A stretch of 16,005 nt of DNA from an uncultured delta proteobacterium. GTDB taxonomy: Bacteria > Desulfobacterota > WTBG01 > CAIYCZ01 > CAIRTM01. The position numbers and the translations under genes are program-made. The notes below the pieces were generated by a model. It saw only the letters and a list, made by a program, of their open reading frames with translations. It made no database searches and was not told the origin of the DNA. The stretch lies in the NCBI GenBank assembly GCA_963804955.1, contig CAWDSQ010000031.1:1-16005 (forward strand), in the 5' to 3' direction. Of this stretch, positions 8,027 through 16,005 are shown piece by piece. Each line of letters begins with the position of its first letter. The stretch's first letter is position 1.

Positions 8027-9291
8027 TCACTGCAGTTCTTGCGGCACCGGCAGCTCAGTCATCGCGGCGCGTACCCATGCTTCCTCCCAGGCAATCACCC
8101 TGCCGCTATCAGTCTGTGCCAGATACGCCGAGCATTGCGGACAGCCCCTACAGCGATGATATCTTTGAGCCGGTGGAAGACCAGCAGATACGAGTTCGCC
8201 CCCGGGAAGCAGTTGGCGCTCCATACCACCACCGAACCATCCTTCTGCAGGGCAATATTATTACCAAATCCTGTAGCAACGGCAGTTGCTCTGCAGGTGC
8301 CGGCCCTGACGGGAGGTTTTTCGGCAATCTGCCTTTCATTGCCTATCTGCACAATGTTCCCTCTGCCTGTTACGGCGAGGGTAAACTCTGTACCGGCAGC
8401 AACAGCGATAACGTCACGAAGATCTGTTACTGCATCTTTTCCGTAATAAAAATCATCAGTACGCAGGGAAACCACCGTGCCGTCAGCCTTTAATGCTATA
8501 TCTATTGCATTATCTCCGGCGGATACAGCTACCACATCGGCAAGTTCCGCAGGAAGAGAAATGACGTCCATCCACCCCCAGCCCACGACCGTCCCGTCGG
8601 CTTTCACCGCGAGACTGTGCCCAACACCTGCGGCAACAGCCACCACATCACTGAGCCCTTCAGGAACATCGCATTGCCCGTAATCATGTTCAGGATCAGC
8701 TTCACAGCCCCATGCCGCTACCGTGCCGTCGGTGTTAAGAGCCAGAAAGTGCCCACCGCGCATGTCTGTCGATATGGCCGCAATATCGGTAAGCCCGGCG
8801 GGGATATCCACCCTGGCCCCCGTGGCATAGTCCCATGCCACCACCGTGCCATCGGCCATGAGGGCAAAGCTGGGTTTGCCGTTGCCCGCCTGGATTGCTA
8901 TGGCTTTATCGGTAGCAAATACCCTGAACCGCTTGCTTACCTCGTTTTTCTGGTCCTGGCTATCAAGTGCAGTTGTGGTGATCAATCGTTCGCCGGCAAC
9001 ATCGGGCGTCACCTGACCGGCCCAGCGCCAGGTGCCATTGTCGCCTGCGGTCAACTCCTGTGCAGCCCCGCCGCCGATCTGACTCAGATCGGCCATTACC
9101 GCAACCGGAGCAGTGTCCTGCGGCGCCTTTCGCCAGATGACCCGCACATCGCAGGTCTGCCCCATAAGCAGCCGCCCCATCACGAATATACGGTTGCGCT
9201 GCATCGACAAATCATACGGCTGCTTGCATCCAGCTGCAGCCAGCAGTCCCAGCGCTGCAAAAGTTACCAAAACTTTTTGAACTGTTTCCAT
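8027..9291 (-). CDS. RCC1-repeat (7-blade beta-propeller) lipoprotein, frameshift near 8145-8148
   Basis: Lipobox-like LAAAGC. Six repeats of the type VVAVAAGVGHSLAVKADGTVVGWG in ORF 8095..9291. The seventh (IIAVG...SAYLAQTDSGRVIAW) is completed in ORF 8027..8224 if one G is added to the GGGG run. GGAGG ribosome-binding site. Confidence 0.85.
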
Positions 9292-9366
9292 GCATCCTCC
9301 CTTTTATTTCTATATACCCATGCCTGTTTGATAACTTATTGCTTCACGCTCTAGTCGCATATCCGC

Positions 9367-11254
9367 TCAATTGTACTGCCCGCTACTGCCGGCAGCACAA
9401 ACCCTGCGGGTGTTCAAGGAACCTGCAACATTTTTTTCATACTGTTTGACGAGACGCGTTTCATCATTGATAAAACGCGCCACATAGTCCTTGCACAGGC
9501 TTTTAATTTCATGGTCCATTTCCATGTCATACAGCCGCTCCAGTCCTCCCCTGATGCCGGGGCGGGATGTGGCCAGGCGCTGCCCATGATCTTTATACAT
9601 GCTGGCCGTCGTGAGATGGGTGGTACCAGCAAGCAGAGAGCTTTCTATGCGGTCTTTGTAGGAGTCCCTGCCCGCGCGTTGTCGGGAAGGCAAAGGCCTT
9701 TCGCCACATATGCAGGGCGCTTCGAAAAGCATTCCCCGCGTCGCCGACCCTGCGCAAAGCCTGCATCGCCATAACGCCCACCAGCAGCGGGCTCTTGCTC
9801 ACGCCCTCGTTCGGATACAGGTTCATTTCGCCATGATCGGCAAGGCACAAAGCCCGCAGATAGTCCATGGTGCCGGGGCCGCCATACATCCAGGAGCCCG
9901 CCTCCAGGCTTTCCTGAAAGGCCCGGGCACCGGGCATAACACTGAAGCAGCCTGCCATAAGGCTTATATGATTATCAAGGCAGAACTGCGCCACGTCTGT
10001 GCCCGTATTTGACTCCAGGGAATCAAACCGGTCATAGGGCAGCCCGAAGATGAACGAGCCCTGAATGGCAATACCGTGATCAAGGATCTTTTTTATCTGC
10101 TGTGCATAATACTCGGGAGCGGTTAATCCGCTTTTCCTGATTTCATGAACGGCATGCTTGCCGATGAATTCGAGGTTGCGCATGTCCAGGCTCTCAAATC
10201 CGATTTCAAACAGAAGTGCCCCTGCCAGCCTCAGCCGCTCGAGCAGCTTTTCATTTGAGGCAACCTCAATAGAGATCTGGGCCATAAAGGGGATTTTCAT
10301 TTTGCGTTCAATGATACCGTCAAGTATTTCTTCCAGCACCCGGCCTCCCATGAGTAGATTATCCGTGTTGAAAAGAAATATGGGAAACTGGACGCCGGGC
10401 TCCTGCTGCTGGTACCGGGCAAGCTCCTCAAGAAAATCATCTGCCCTGCGCATGGTCAGGCGCCGCTGGTGCGGCGGCAGGGTCGATATGGAGCAGAAGC
10501 TGCAGGAATACGGGCAGCCGAGGTACGGCGCAACAGAATTCATGCGTATTTTATTATTCAATAAAGCCCCGAGCAGGGGGACCTTGCCGCGGACATGCAT
10601 GTTCATGGGCGGCAGAGGCTGAACATTCGGCGGCGTCCGCCACACCCCGTCCTCGATGGTAATATGGCCCAGGTACTCAGCCTTCAGGCTGCCCTGCTGC
10701 AGATCACGCAGCACTTCAGCAAACACCACCGAATCCCCGGGCCCTGTCACCTGCGCTATAAGCTCCGAATGAGGGCAGTGCCTGCGAATAAAGAGCTCCA
10801 TGTCCTGCGGGGCCGTCGAAACATGAATCCCGCCGATTATGACCGGTATTTTTGCATGATTCAGGATGATGGCCGCAGATACGGCAGCCGGAAAGTTGGA
10901 GCTGATCGATGTCATAAACACCGCGTCGGGCTTTGTCCGCTGGCGCACGATGGCTTCATGGAGCGTTACCCTGATGTCATCGGCGTGAATCACGGCAGTC
11001 TCCGGTGCAAGCTGTGCAATCTGGTTGCCGATATAGCCTGCAGCGCCGTTCTCGATGGCAAAAGCCTCCACCATCCCCACCCGGCGTTTTGCCACATCAA
11101 AATGCAGATAGCTTAAATAATTTTCCTGGCCAAGCCTGGAGGCATCGAGATTGGTGAGGTAGCCTATCAGGTCCAAAGGCGATGCGCATTTGTCTCTGTC
11201 AAGGCTCATCAGGTCATAGGTTGCCGGATTAAAAACAATATAATATTTACCCAT
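9367..11254 (-). CDS. B12-binding domain radical SAM protein, frameshift near 9671-9673
   Basis: GCPYSCSFC (CxxxCxxC), N-terminal B12-binding-like PDAVFMT...VIIGGIHVS, core motifs IGFES and GSFIFGLPYD. ATG 11254 follows AGGAGGTG. Removing one G from GGG joins ...FPTTRG to RDSYKDRIE... of ORF 9367..9732. Confidence 0.85.
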
Positions 11255-11577
11255 TAACACCTCCTCTGTGTGATTGGTTGTGAAAGTTTTTTAACACTAC
11301 GTTCTCTGCACGCCAGACCATGCTGTGCTTTTGTCATGCACAATCCTGCTCTGAGCCCCTACAGCAAAGATGCCGGTTTCGAAACTGCCCTACAGGGCTA
11401 TCAAATTTCCCGGATGCCCACGGGACGAGTGCACCCCCGCGTGTGCATAGTCGGCTTGCAGAAGTACGAGAAGCATATATCGTGCAAACAGGTTTTTTTT
11501 GCGCTTACGTTATGCATATACTTCCTTGTATGAATTTTATTGCAACCGTTTCAGCTACCGCAGCTGACATCGTGCAC

Positions 11578-13707
11578 CTAAAACTGCTTCACCTCAATAG
11601 TGCCGGTGCAGCTGCCAACCGTCGCCTCATAGGCTCCTTCATCAAGCTGAAACGGGTTTATGCTGGTCAGGGCGATGATGGCTCTCTGGCCGATCATCAG
11701 GCTGCCCAGCGTCTTGATCGCGGCTGTTCCCCACTGTGGCTTGTCGGTACTGATGAAAACGGTATCCGGCGTGCCGATAAAAACAAAACCGTGAATCGGG
11801 TTTGCAATGCTGAGCAGCTTGTGGATTTTTGAGGGGATCACTTGCAGCCGGCATGCGCAGGGCTCTGTAGTATTATCGGAATAATTCAATATACTGACTC
11901 CCCCAACGTAAACATCCTTTCCTGAAAAACCCCATATCCCCCAGACTCCATACATTTGCTTTGTGACGTCTTTGCTCACCGACCATGATGATCCGTCGTA
12001 ATGCAGTATGATTCCATCACCAGCTGCGTACACGTCAGTGCCTGATGCGCCCCAGACACTCCGCAGAACTGCCACGGTGCCGATGTCCATTTTCGACCAG
12101 GAAGTTCCATCATAATGAAGGATTATGCCACGGGGAGTATTGGGTGAAGTGTTTGTTTGATCAGGCCACCCGACGGCAAAAACATCACTGGCTGAACTGC
12201 CCCAGACGCCATTCAGGTCATAGTCCGTTCCGCTTACCATTGAAGACCAGCTTGTGCCGTCATAATGGACGATTTTCCCTTCTGACCCCACGGCAAAAAT
12301 ATCACTGGCCGAACTGCCCCAGACGCTCTGAAAATCCCCTTTCCAGAATTCACCTGTCCGACTCCAGGATATGCCGTCATACCGCAGGATGAATCCACCC
12401 GAGCATGAGCCTCCGACGGCAAAAACAGTATCAGCCGAACTCCCCCACACATCACGCAGCCATGCACAGTCGGGCCGAATGCCGAAGGGGGGCATATATC
12501 GCCAGACTTTACCGTCATAATGCATGATTCTCGGGGTTCCTGAAACATATATGCCAGAAGAACCCACGGCAAAAATATCAGTAGCAGAGCTTCCCCATAT
12601 CCCGGTCAGTTGCATGTTTATGCTGGGGGGCATTAAAATCCGAGACCATGCCGAGCCGTTATAATGCAGTATTGTGTTCAAATTGCCTACAGCAAAAATA
12701 TTGCAGGCAGAACTGCCCCAGAAATCAAAAATCAAATTAAAAGGGGTTGTCGGCGTTTCTTTTGAATACACGGTTTTCCATAATGAGCCGTTGAAATGCC
12801 CTATGACGCCATCGGGGTAGCGGCCGCCCGCAACATAGACACTGCCAGGCGAGGTCCCCCACACGCCAGCAAGCAGCTCTGGGATGCCTGTGTTCACCGG
12901 CGCCCATGACAAGCCGTTATAATGCAGCAGCAAACCGTCGTCAGAATTTGTCGGAACCGCATATACATTATCGTGCGCTGTTCCCCAGACACTGTTGATG
13001 CGCCAGTCCCCGCCCAGATCCATGGCTGCCCATGCTGTTCCGTCGAAATGCATTACAGCGTTGCCATCTCCGACAACAAAAACTTCCGTAGCGGAACTGC
13101 CCCAAATGGCCTGCGGAAACAACTGGCCGTACTCATATGTCGAGCTGCTGAGAGACCATCCTGTTCCGTCGAAATGCCATATACCTCCATTACCAATCGT
13201 AAAAAATACATCTGTAGCAGAGCTTCCCCAGACACCTGTCAGCTCCACTCCAAATTCGATAACAGGAGACCACGACGCACCATTATAATGGAGCGCGCCG
13301 TATTCACCGACGGCATACACGTCCGTGCCGGCGCTGCCCCAAATTGCTTGTACGGCAACCTTGTTTGTGCCGGTATCCATGGCTGACCATGACAGTCCAT
13401 CAAAATGCAGTATGCTTCCAGCCCCGCCGGCAAAAACATCCGTTGATGAAATACCCCACACGCAGTTGAGGTCATCAATAACGCCGCTATCCATGGCAGA
13501 CCAGCTTGTGCCGTCATAATGGATAATTTTCCCCTCAGCCCCCACGGCAAACAGATCGGTGTCAGACGTGCCCCATATGGCTTTAAGTTGCTCAGGCGGC
13601 CCACCGCTGGAGTAGGACCAGTCTGCAGCATGTGCAGGGTTGGCTTGCAGAGCTGCGAGAAGAATAAGACAGAAAAACAGAACTGCTTTTAAACGTGTGG
13701 TGTGCAT
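11578..13707 (-). CDS. Secreted tandem beta-propeller repeat protein (14 WG-S-S-x-x-D-V-F-A-V-G repeats) with a distinct ~95-aa C-terminal domain
   Basis: ATG 13707 follows AAAAGGGG and starts a signal peptide MHTTRLKAVLFFCLILLAALQANPAHA. Fourteen ~40-aa repeats of the form (V/I/F)WG...ILHYDGxSWS. The upstream part of the ORF-track ORF overlaps the pseudogene. Confidence 0.88.
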   Translation of the reverse strand: MHTTRLKAVLFFCLILLAALQANPAHAADWSYSSGGPPEQLKAIWGTSDTDLFAVGAEGKIIHYDGTSWSAMDSGVIDDLNCVWGISSTDVFAGGAGSILHFDGLSWSAMDTGTNKVAVQAIWGSAGTDVYAVGEYGALHYNGASWSPVIEFGVELTGVWGSSATDVFFTIGNGGIWHFDGTGWSLSSSTYEYGQLFPQAIWGSSATEVFVVGDGNAVMHFDGTAWAAMDLGGDWRINSVWGTAHDNVYAVPTNSDDGLLLHYNGLSWAPVNTGIPELLAGVWGTSPGSVYVAGGRYPDGVIGHFNGSLWKTVYSKETPTTPFNLIFDFWGSSACNIFAVGNLNTILHYNGSAWSRILMPPSINMQLTGIWGSSATDIFAVGSSGIYVSGTPRIMHYDGKVWRYMPPFGIRPDCAWLRDVWGSSADTVFAVGGSCSGGFILRYDGISWSRTGEFWKGDFQSVWGSSASDIFAVGSEGKIVHYDGTSWSSMVSGTDYDLNGVWGSSASDVFAVGWPDQTNTSPNTPRGIILHYDGTSWSKMDIGTVAVLRSVWGASGTDVYAAGDGIILHYDGSSWSVSKDVTKQMYGVWGIWGFSGKDVYVGGVSILNYSDNTTEPCACRLQVIPSKIHKLLSIANPIHGFVFIGTPDTVFISTDKPQWGTAAIKTLGSLMIGQRAIIALTSINPFQLDEGAYEATVGSCTGTIEVKQF

Positions 13708-13807
13708 GTAAGCCCCTTTTTTATAGATGTCCCCTCCCATCCGCCGCGGCGGATATAGAGCCTCTGCAACTGCTTTACATCTTTCGTGCCGGCACAGACA
13801 ATCGTTC

Positions 13808-14423
13808 TCACAACCGGAAAAACAATAACCAGACAAACAAGGTTCAGCAGCAGACAAGGTGCAGCAAGTAAAGCTGTTACCGCACCGCAAGCCACACCAC
13901 TTCAATATGCAATAAAAAAATACGGCTAGGCTATAACTGTACACATCAACTGCAGCGCAAGGGAGACCAGCATTCTTGCGCTATTGCATGACCCATCAAG
14001 CATTCCTGTTTGTGAAAACCGGCCGCGGACTTCTTCGGACCACGAAAGCAGGGCTTGGCCTTCTTCGGCAGTTAAAACCAGAGCGCGCATATCGCCAGAC
14101 TTTATAAGACACATAAGATCCTGAAGGGTATTTTCAGCATTGGCTTTTAATGCCTTGCCATCCTCTTCAGTACAGGCAATATCATGATGTGCGCATGCCG
14201 AAAGCGTCTCTGCAAGGATAAGCGTCCGGGCGCTGATCTCGTACAGCCTGCTCTCATGCGCTTGCATTTTGCAACTCAACCGCACGCGGCAGGACGTGTT
14301 CGCATAAACCGGCTCGTTGAAAAACAGTTCGTTTATCTGAGGCCAGGGTTGATTTTTAAACACCGCAGCTGTCAAAAGCCCCAACGCTGCAACTGTCAGT
14401 AAAATTTTATGAACGGTTTTCAC
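13808..14423 (-). pseudogene. Chimeric pseudogene: RCC1-lipoprotein-like leader fused to a paralogue of the 7417..7975 protein
   Basis: N-terminus MKTVHKILLTVAALGLLTAA resembles METVQKVLVTFAALGLLAAA. Body LYEISARTL...ACTEEDG...DGSCNSA resembles LYDISKDTL...ACTEGDA...DAPCNQA. In-frame TAG (13926-13928) and TGA (13902-13904). An ancestral-like end LFFRL* lies at 13808 in another frame. Confidence 0.75.
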
Positions 14424-14617
14424 GCGCTCCTCACTTTATGCTTTACTGCCCAGGGGTATTCGCCGGGGCTGAGACCGTACCCTGCAACTGCAAACATTGC
14501 TGCATAATATATATCTTTAGCCGGATTACTTTGAGTAAAGAAATGCTGTTCCCGTTTTCCCCTTGCACGTTCCCCCTGCAAGGGCAGGCAAAAAACTAAA
14601 CTAACAATATTAGCTAA

Positions 14618-14634
14618 GGCAAGACGCGTACCAA
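14618..14634 (-). promoter_or_regulatory. Sigma-54 (-24/-12) promoter
   Basis: Minus strand TTGGTACGCGTCTTGCC = GG-N10-GC, close to the TGGCACG-N4-TTGC consensus, in an AT-rich intergenic region facing the minus-strand gene cluster. Confidence 0.6.
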
Positions 14635-14842
14635 AAAAATTAACTTGCTCTGAAAAAATCCTGCGCTTAATAAAAAGAATTAAAAAACAGCTGGTTAAAA
14701 AAATAAAAAAATTCGCTGCTGCATTGCCGGCTTGAGCGGTAAAATACAATTGGCTGATTTCAGCCAACAAAAGGGGCTAAAATAAATTTTATTGGTTGAA
14801 TCCAGCCAATTACAGGTGATATTTACCTCCCGGGTTGACGGA

Positions 14843-14965
14843 TTGAAGCCAACAACCACCCGCATAGCGGGTGGCTTGATTTCGCCCTGAAAGGGCGGAA
14901 TCAAAAAACACGGCGTGTTTGAGTTGCCTTCTTGAGGAACCATCGCCATAGGCGATGGTTTTCGA
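14843..14965 (-). mobile_element. Non-autonomous IS200/IS605-like miniature element (two related subterminal hairpins, no tnpA)
   Basis: Hairpins aaccatcgcc-ata-ggcgatggtt (14938-14960) and ccacccgc-ata-gcgggtgg (14856-14874) share loop and stem design. A third, 13-bp hairpin lies at 14876-14904. The minus strand ends in TTCAA (14847-14843). Boundaries are approximate. Confidence 0.55.
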
Positions 14966-15185
14966 AAGACAATGAACATATATGCCTGTTCCTGCAATGC
15001 TTCAGATATGCCTGCCCGAATAATTTCTTGAGAAAAATGCGGCGCAAAGGTATATTTTGTGGAGGAACAGCCCAGGGTAATTCACGGCTGACAGGAGCAA
15101 ACTAAAAAAAAAGAGCTCACGGGGGCCTTTGAGGGCTAACCCAGCTTCTTCCGCTTTATGCACAATATCATGACAGGACGATTGC

Positions 15186-15599
15186 ATGCCGATCTATGAA
15201 TATTACTGCACGCCGTGCCACACCATTTTCAGCTTTCTGTCACGCACAGCAAACGTAAGCAGACAGCCCGCCTGCCCTCGCTGCGGCGGTGAGATTCGCA
15301 AACAGGTTTCATCATTTGCCTTCTCCCAAAAAATGAGGGGCACTGAAAGTTTGCCCTTTTCGACACAGCAGGCAGAAGAAGGCGTTAAAAAGCTCAAAAG
15401 CGAAATCGACCGACTGAAGTCAGAGGAAAGCCCGCAGCGCGCCGCGCAGTTCAAAAAAAATTTCGAATGCTGGTCGGGCGTGAAGCTCGACCACTCGGCT
15501 GGCTCCCTGCGCGGCGTTGAGCTTGCGCCTGAAAAAGGAGATCCCCCTGAAGAAGAAGGCCCGCCTCCGGAGCGCGATGATACGATTTATGATTTGTAA
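15186..15599 (+). CDS. FmdB family zinc-ribbon protein
   Basis: MPIYEYYCTPCHTIF...PACPRCGGEIRKQVSSF; AGGA ribosome-binding site upstream. Confidence 0.88.
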   Translation: MPIYEYYCTPCHTIFSFLSRTANVSRQPACPRCGGEIRKQVSSFAFSQKMRGTESLPFSTQQAEEGVKKLKSEIDRLKSEESPQRAAQFKKNFECWSGVKLDHSAGSLRGVELAPEKGDPPEEEGPPPERDDTIYDL

Positions 15600-15806
15600 A
15601 AAAGCAGTTGGATTGGTTAATCTGGTTATATTAGTATTAATTGGTTTTATTGGTTGATTTTTGAAACCGGGCTTAAATCATCTATGCTCACACGACGATC
15701 TTCAGAGACAATTGCTGGTTGTCAATTGATGGTTGTTCATTCATCTAACGAGCATTGACCTTTGATTCTTGACCACTGACAAGTAAACCATTGACCATTA
15801 CCCTGC

Positions 15807-16005
15807 ATGATGACCCTTGACCAGCTTCGCACAAACAAAGTGGGCCTGGTTCTCTCATCAGGCTTTTTCGGCTTCTACGCGCACGCGGGCTGCCTGTGCG
15901 CCCTTTCCGAAATGGGCATTCATCCGATGGGATATGCCGGCAGCAGCGCCGGCGCCATCATAGCCGGCAATGGGGGGCCTCGGGCATGGCTTGCGAAAAA
16001 ATCCG
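15807..16005 (+). CDS. Patatin-like phospholipase, 5' partial (runs off window)
   Basis: Manual translation MMTLDQLRTNKVGLVLSSGFFGFYAHAGCLCALSEMGIHPMGYAGSSAGAIIA shows the oxyanion-hole region and GxSxG nucleophile motif. Probable extra G bases at 15966-15977 (corrected reading ...IAAMGASGMACEKI). Confidence 0.85.
   Translation, partial: MMTLDQLRTNKVGLVLSSGFFGFYAHAGCLCALSEMGIHPMGYAGSSAGAIIAGNGGPRAWLAKKS

Noticed and set aside
11471..11488. Sigma-54-like site upstream of the radical SAM (minus strand TTTGCACGATATATGCT)
   Set aside because: It lacks the conserved GG at -24.
8005..13519. Numerous plus-strand ORFs opposite the RCC1, radical SAM and propeller genes
   Set aside because: These are antisense shadows of GC-rich coding sequence with no motifs.
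12244..13551. Near-identical 54-bp pair as a DGR TR/VR pair
   Set aside because: Both copies are in-frame coding repeats, the mismatches are not adenine-specific, and there is no reverse transcriptase.
11880..13620. Regularly spaced DNA repeats as a CRISPR array
   Set aside because: The periodicity reflects ~40-aa protein repeats. The repeats are degenerate at third codon positions and no cas genes are present.
13902..13928. In-frame TAG and TGA as pyrrolysine/selenocysteine recoding or an alternative genetic code
   Set aside because: TAG and TGA end normal genes elsewhere in the window, I see no SECIS-like hairpin, and the same gene also has a frameshifted end and a lost lipobox. Decay is the simpler explanation.
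13708..13944. Cys-rich 79-aa N-terminal extension of the 788-aa ORF (could look like a RiPP or metal-binding peptide near a radical SAM)
   Set aside because: It is an alternative frame over the pseudogene's hydrophobic tail. The real start is ATG 13707, which has a ribosome-binding site and signal peptide.
14420..15187. Short minus-strand ORFs 14420..14770, 14695..14997 and 15002..15187
   Set aside because: They cross promoter and hairpin DNA, are rich in homopolymer-derived residues and show no recognisable domain.

Overview
Bacterial accessory-type region with moderately high GC and AT-rich islets. The sigma-54-type promoter, FmdB gene, DUF763 gene and secreted propeller proteins would fit a deltaproteobacterial/Desulfobacterota-like genome (inference). 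Plus strand, 1-5.6 kb: DUF763 gene (frameshifted), a DUF559 endonuclease bracketed by 35-bp inverted palindromic repeats, DUF402, an AT-rich stand-alone SIR2-like gene, fdhD and a beta-CASP metallo-beta-lactamase RNase with a terminator. Minus strand, 5.7-14.4 kb: a hypothetical protein whose C-terminal part resembles DPANN-type DGR target proteins, three related copies of an unknown secreted/membrane protein family (near-intact, orphan 3' cassette, chimeric pseudogene), an RCC1-repeat lipoprotein, a B12-binding radical SAM enzyme and a 14-repeat secreted beta-propeller. The right end holds a sigma-54-type promoter, a ~120-bp IS200/IS605-like hairpin element with no transposase, an FmdB zinc-ribbon gene and the start of a patatin gene. 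Five genes have frameshifts in homopolymer runs, most likely sequencing or assembly errors. Family assignments come from motif recognition, not database searches.
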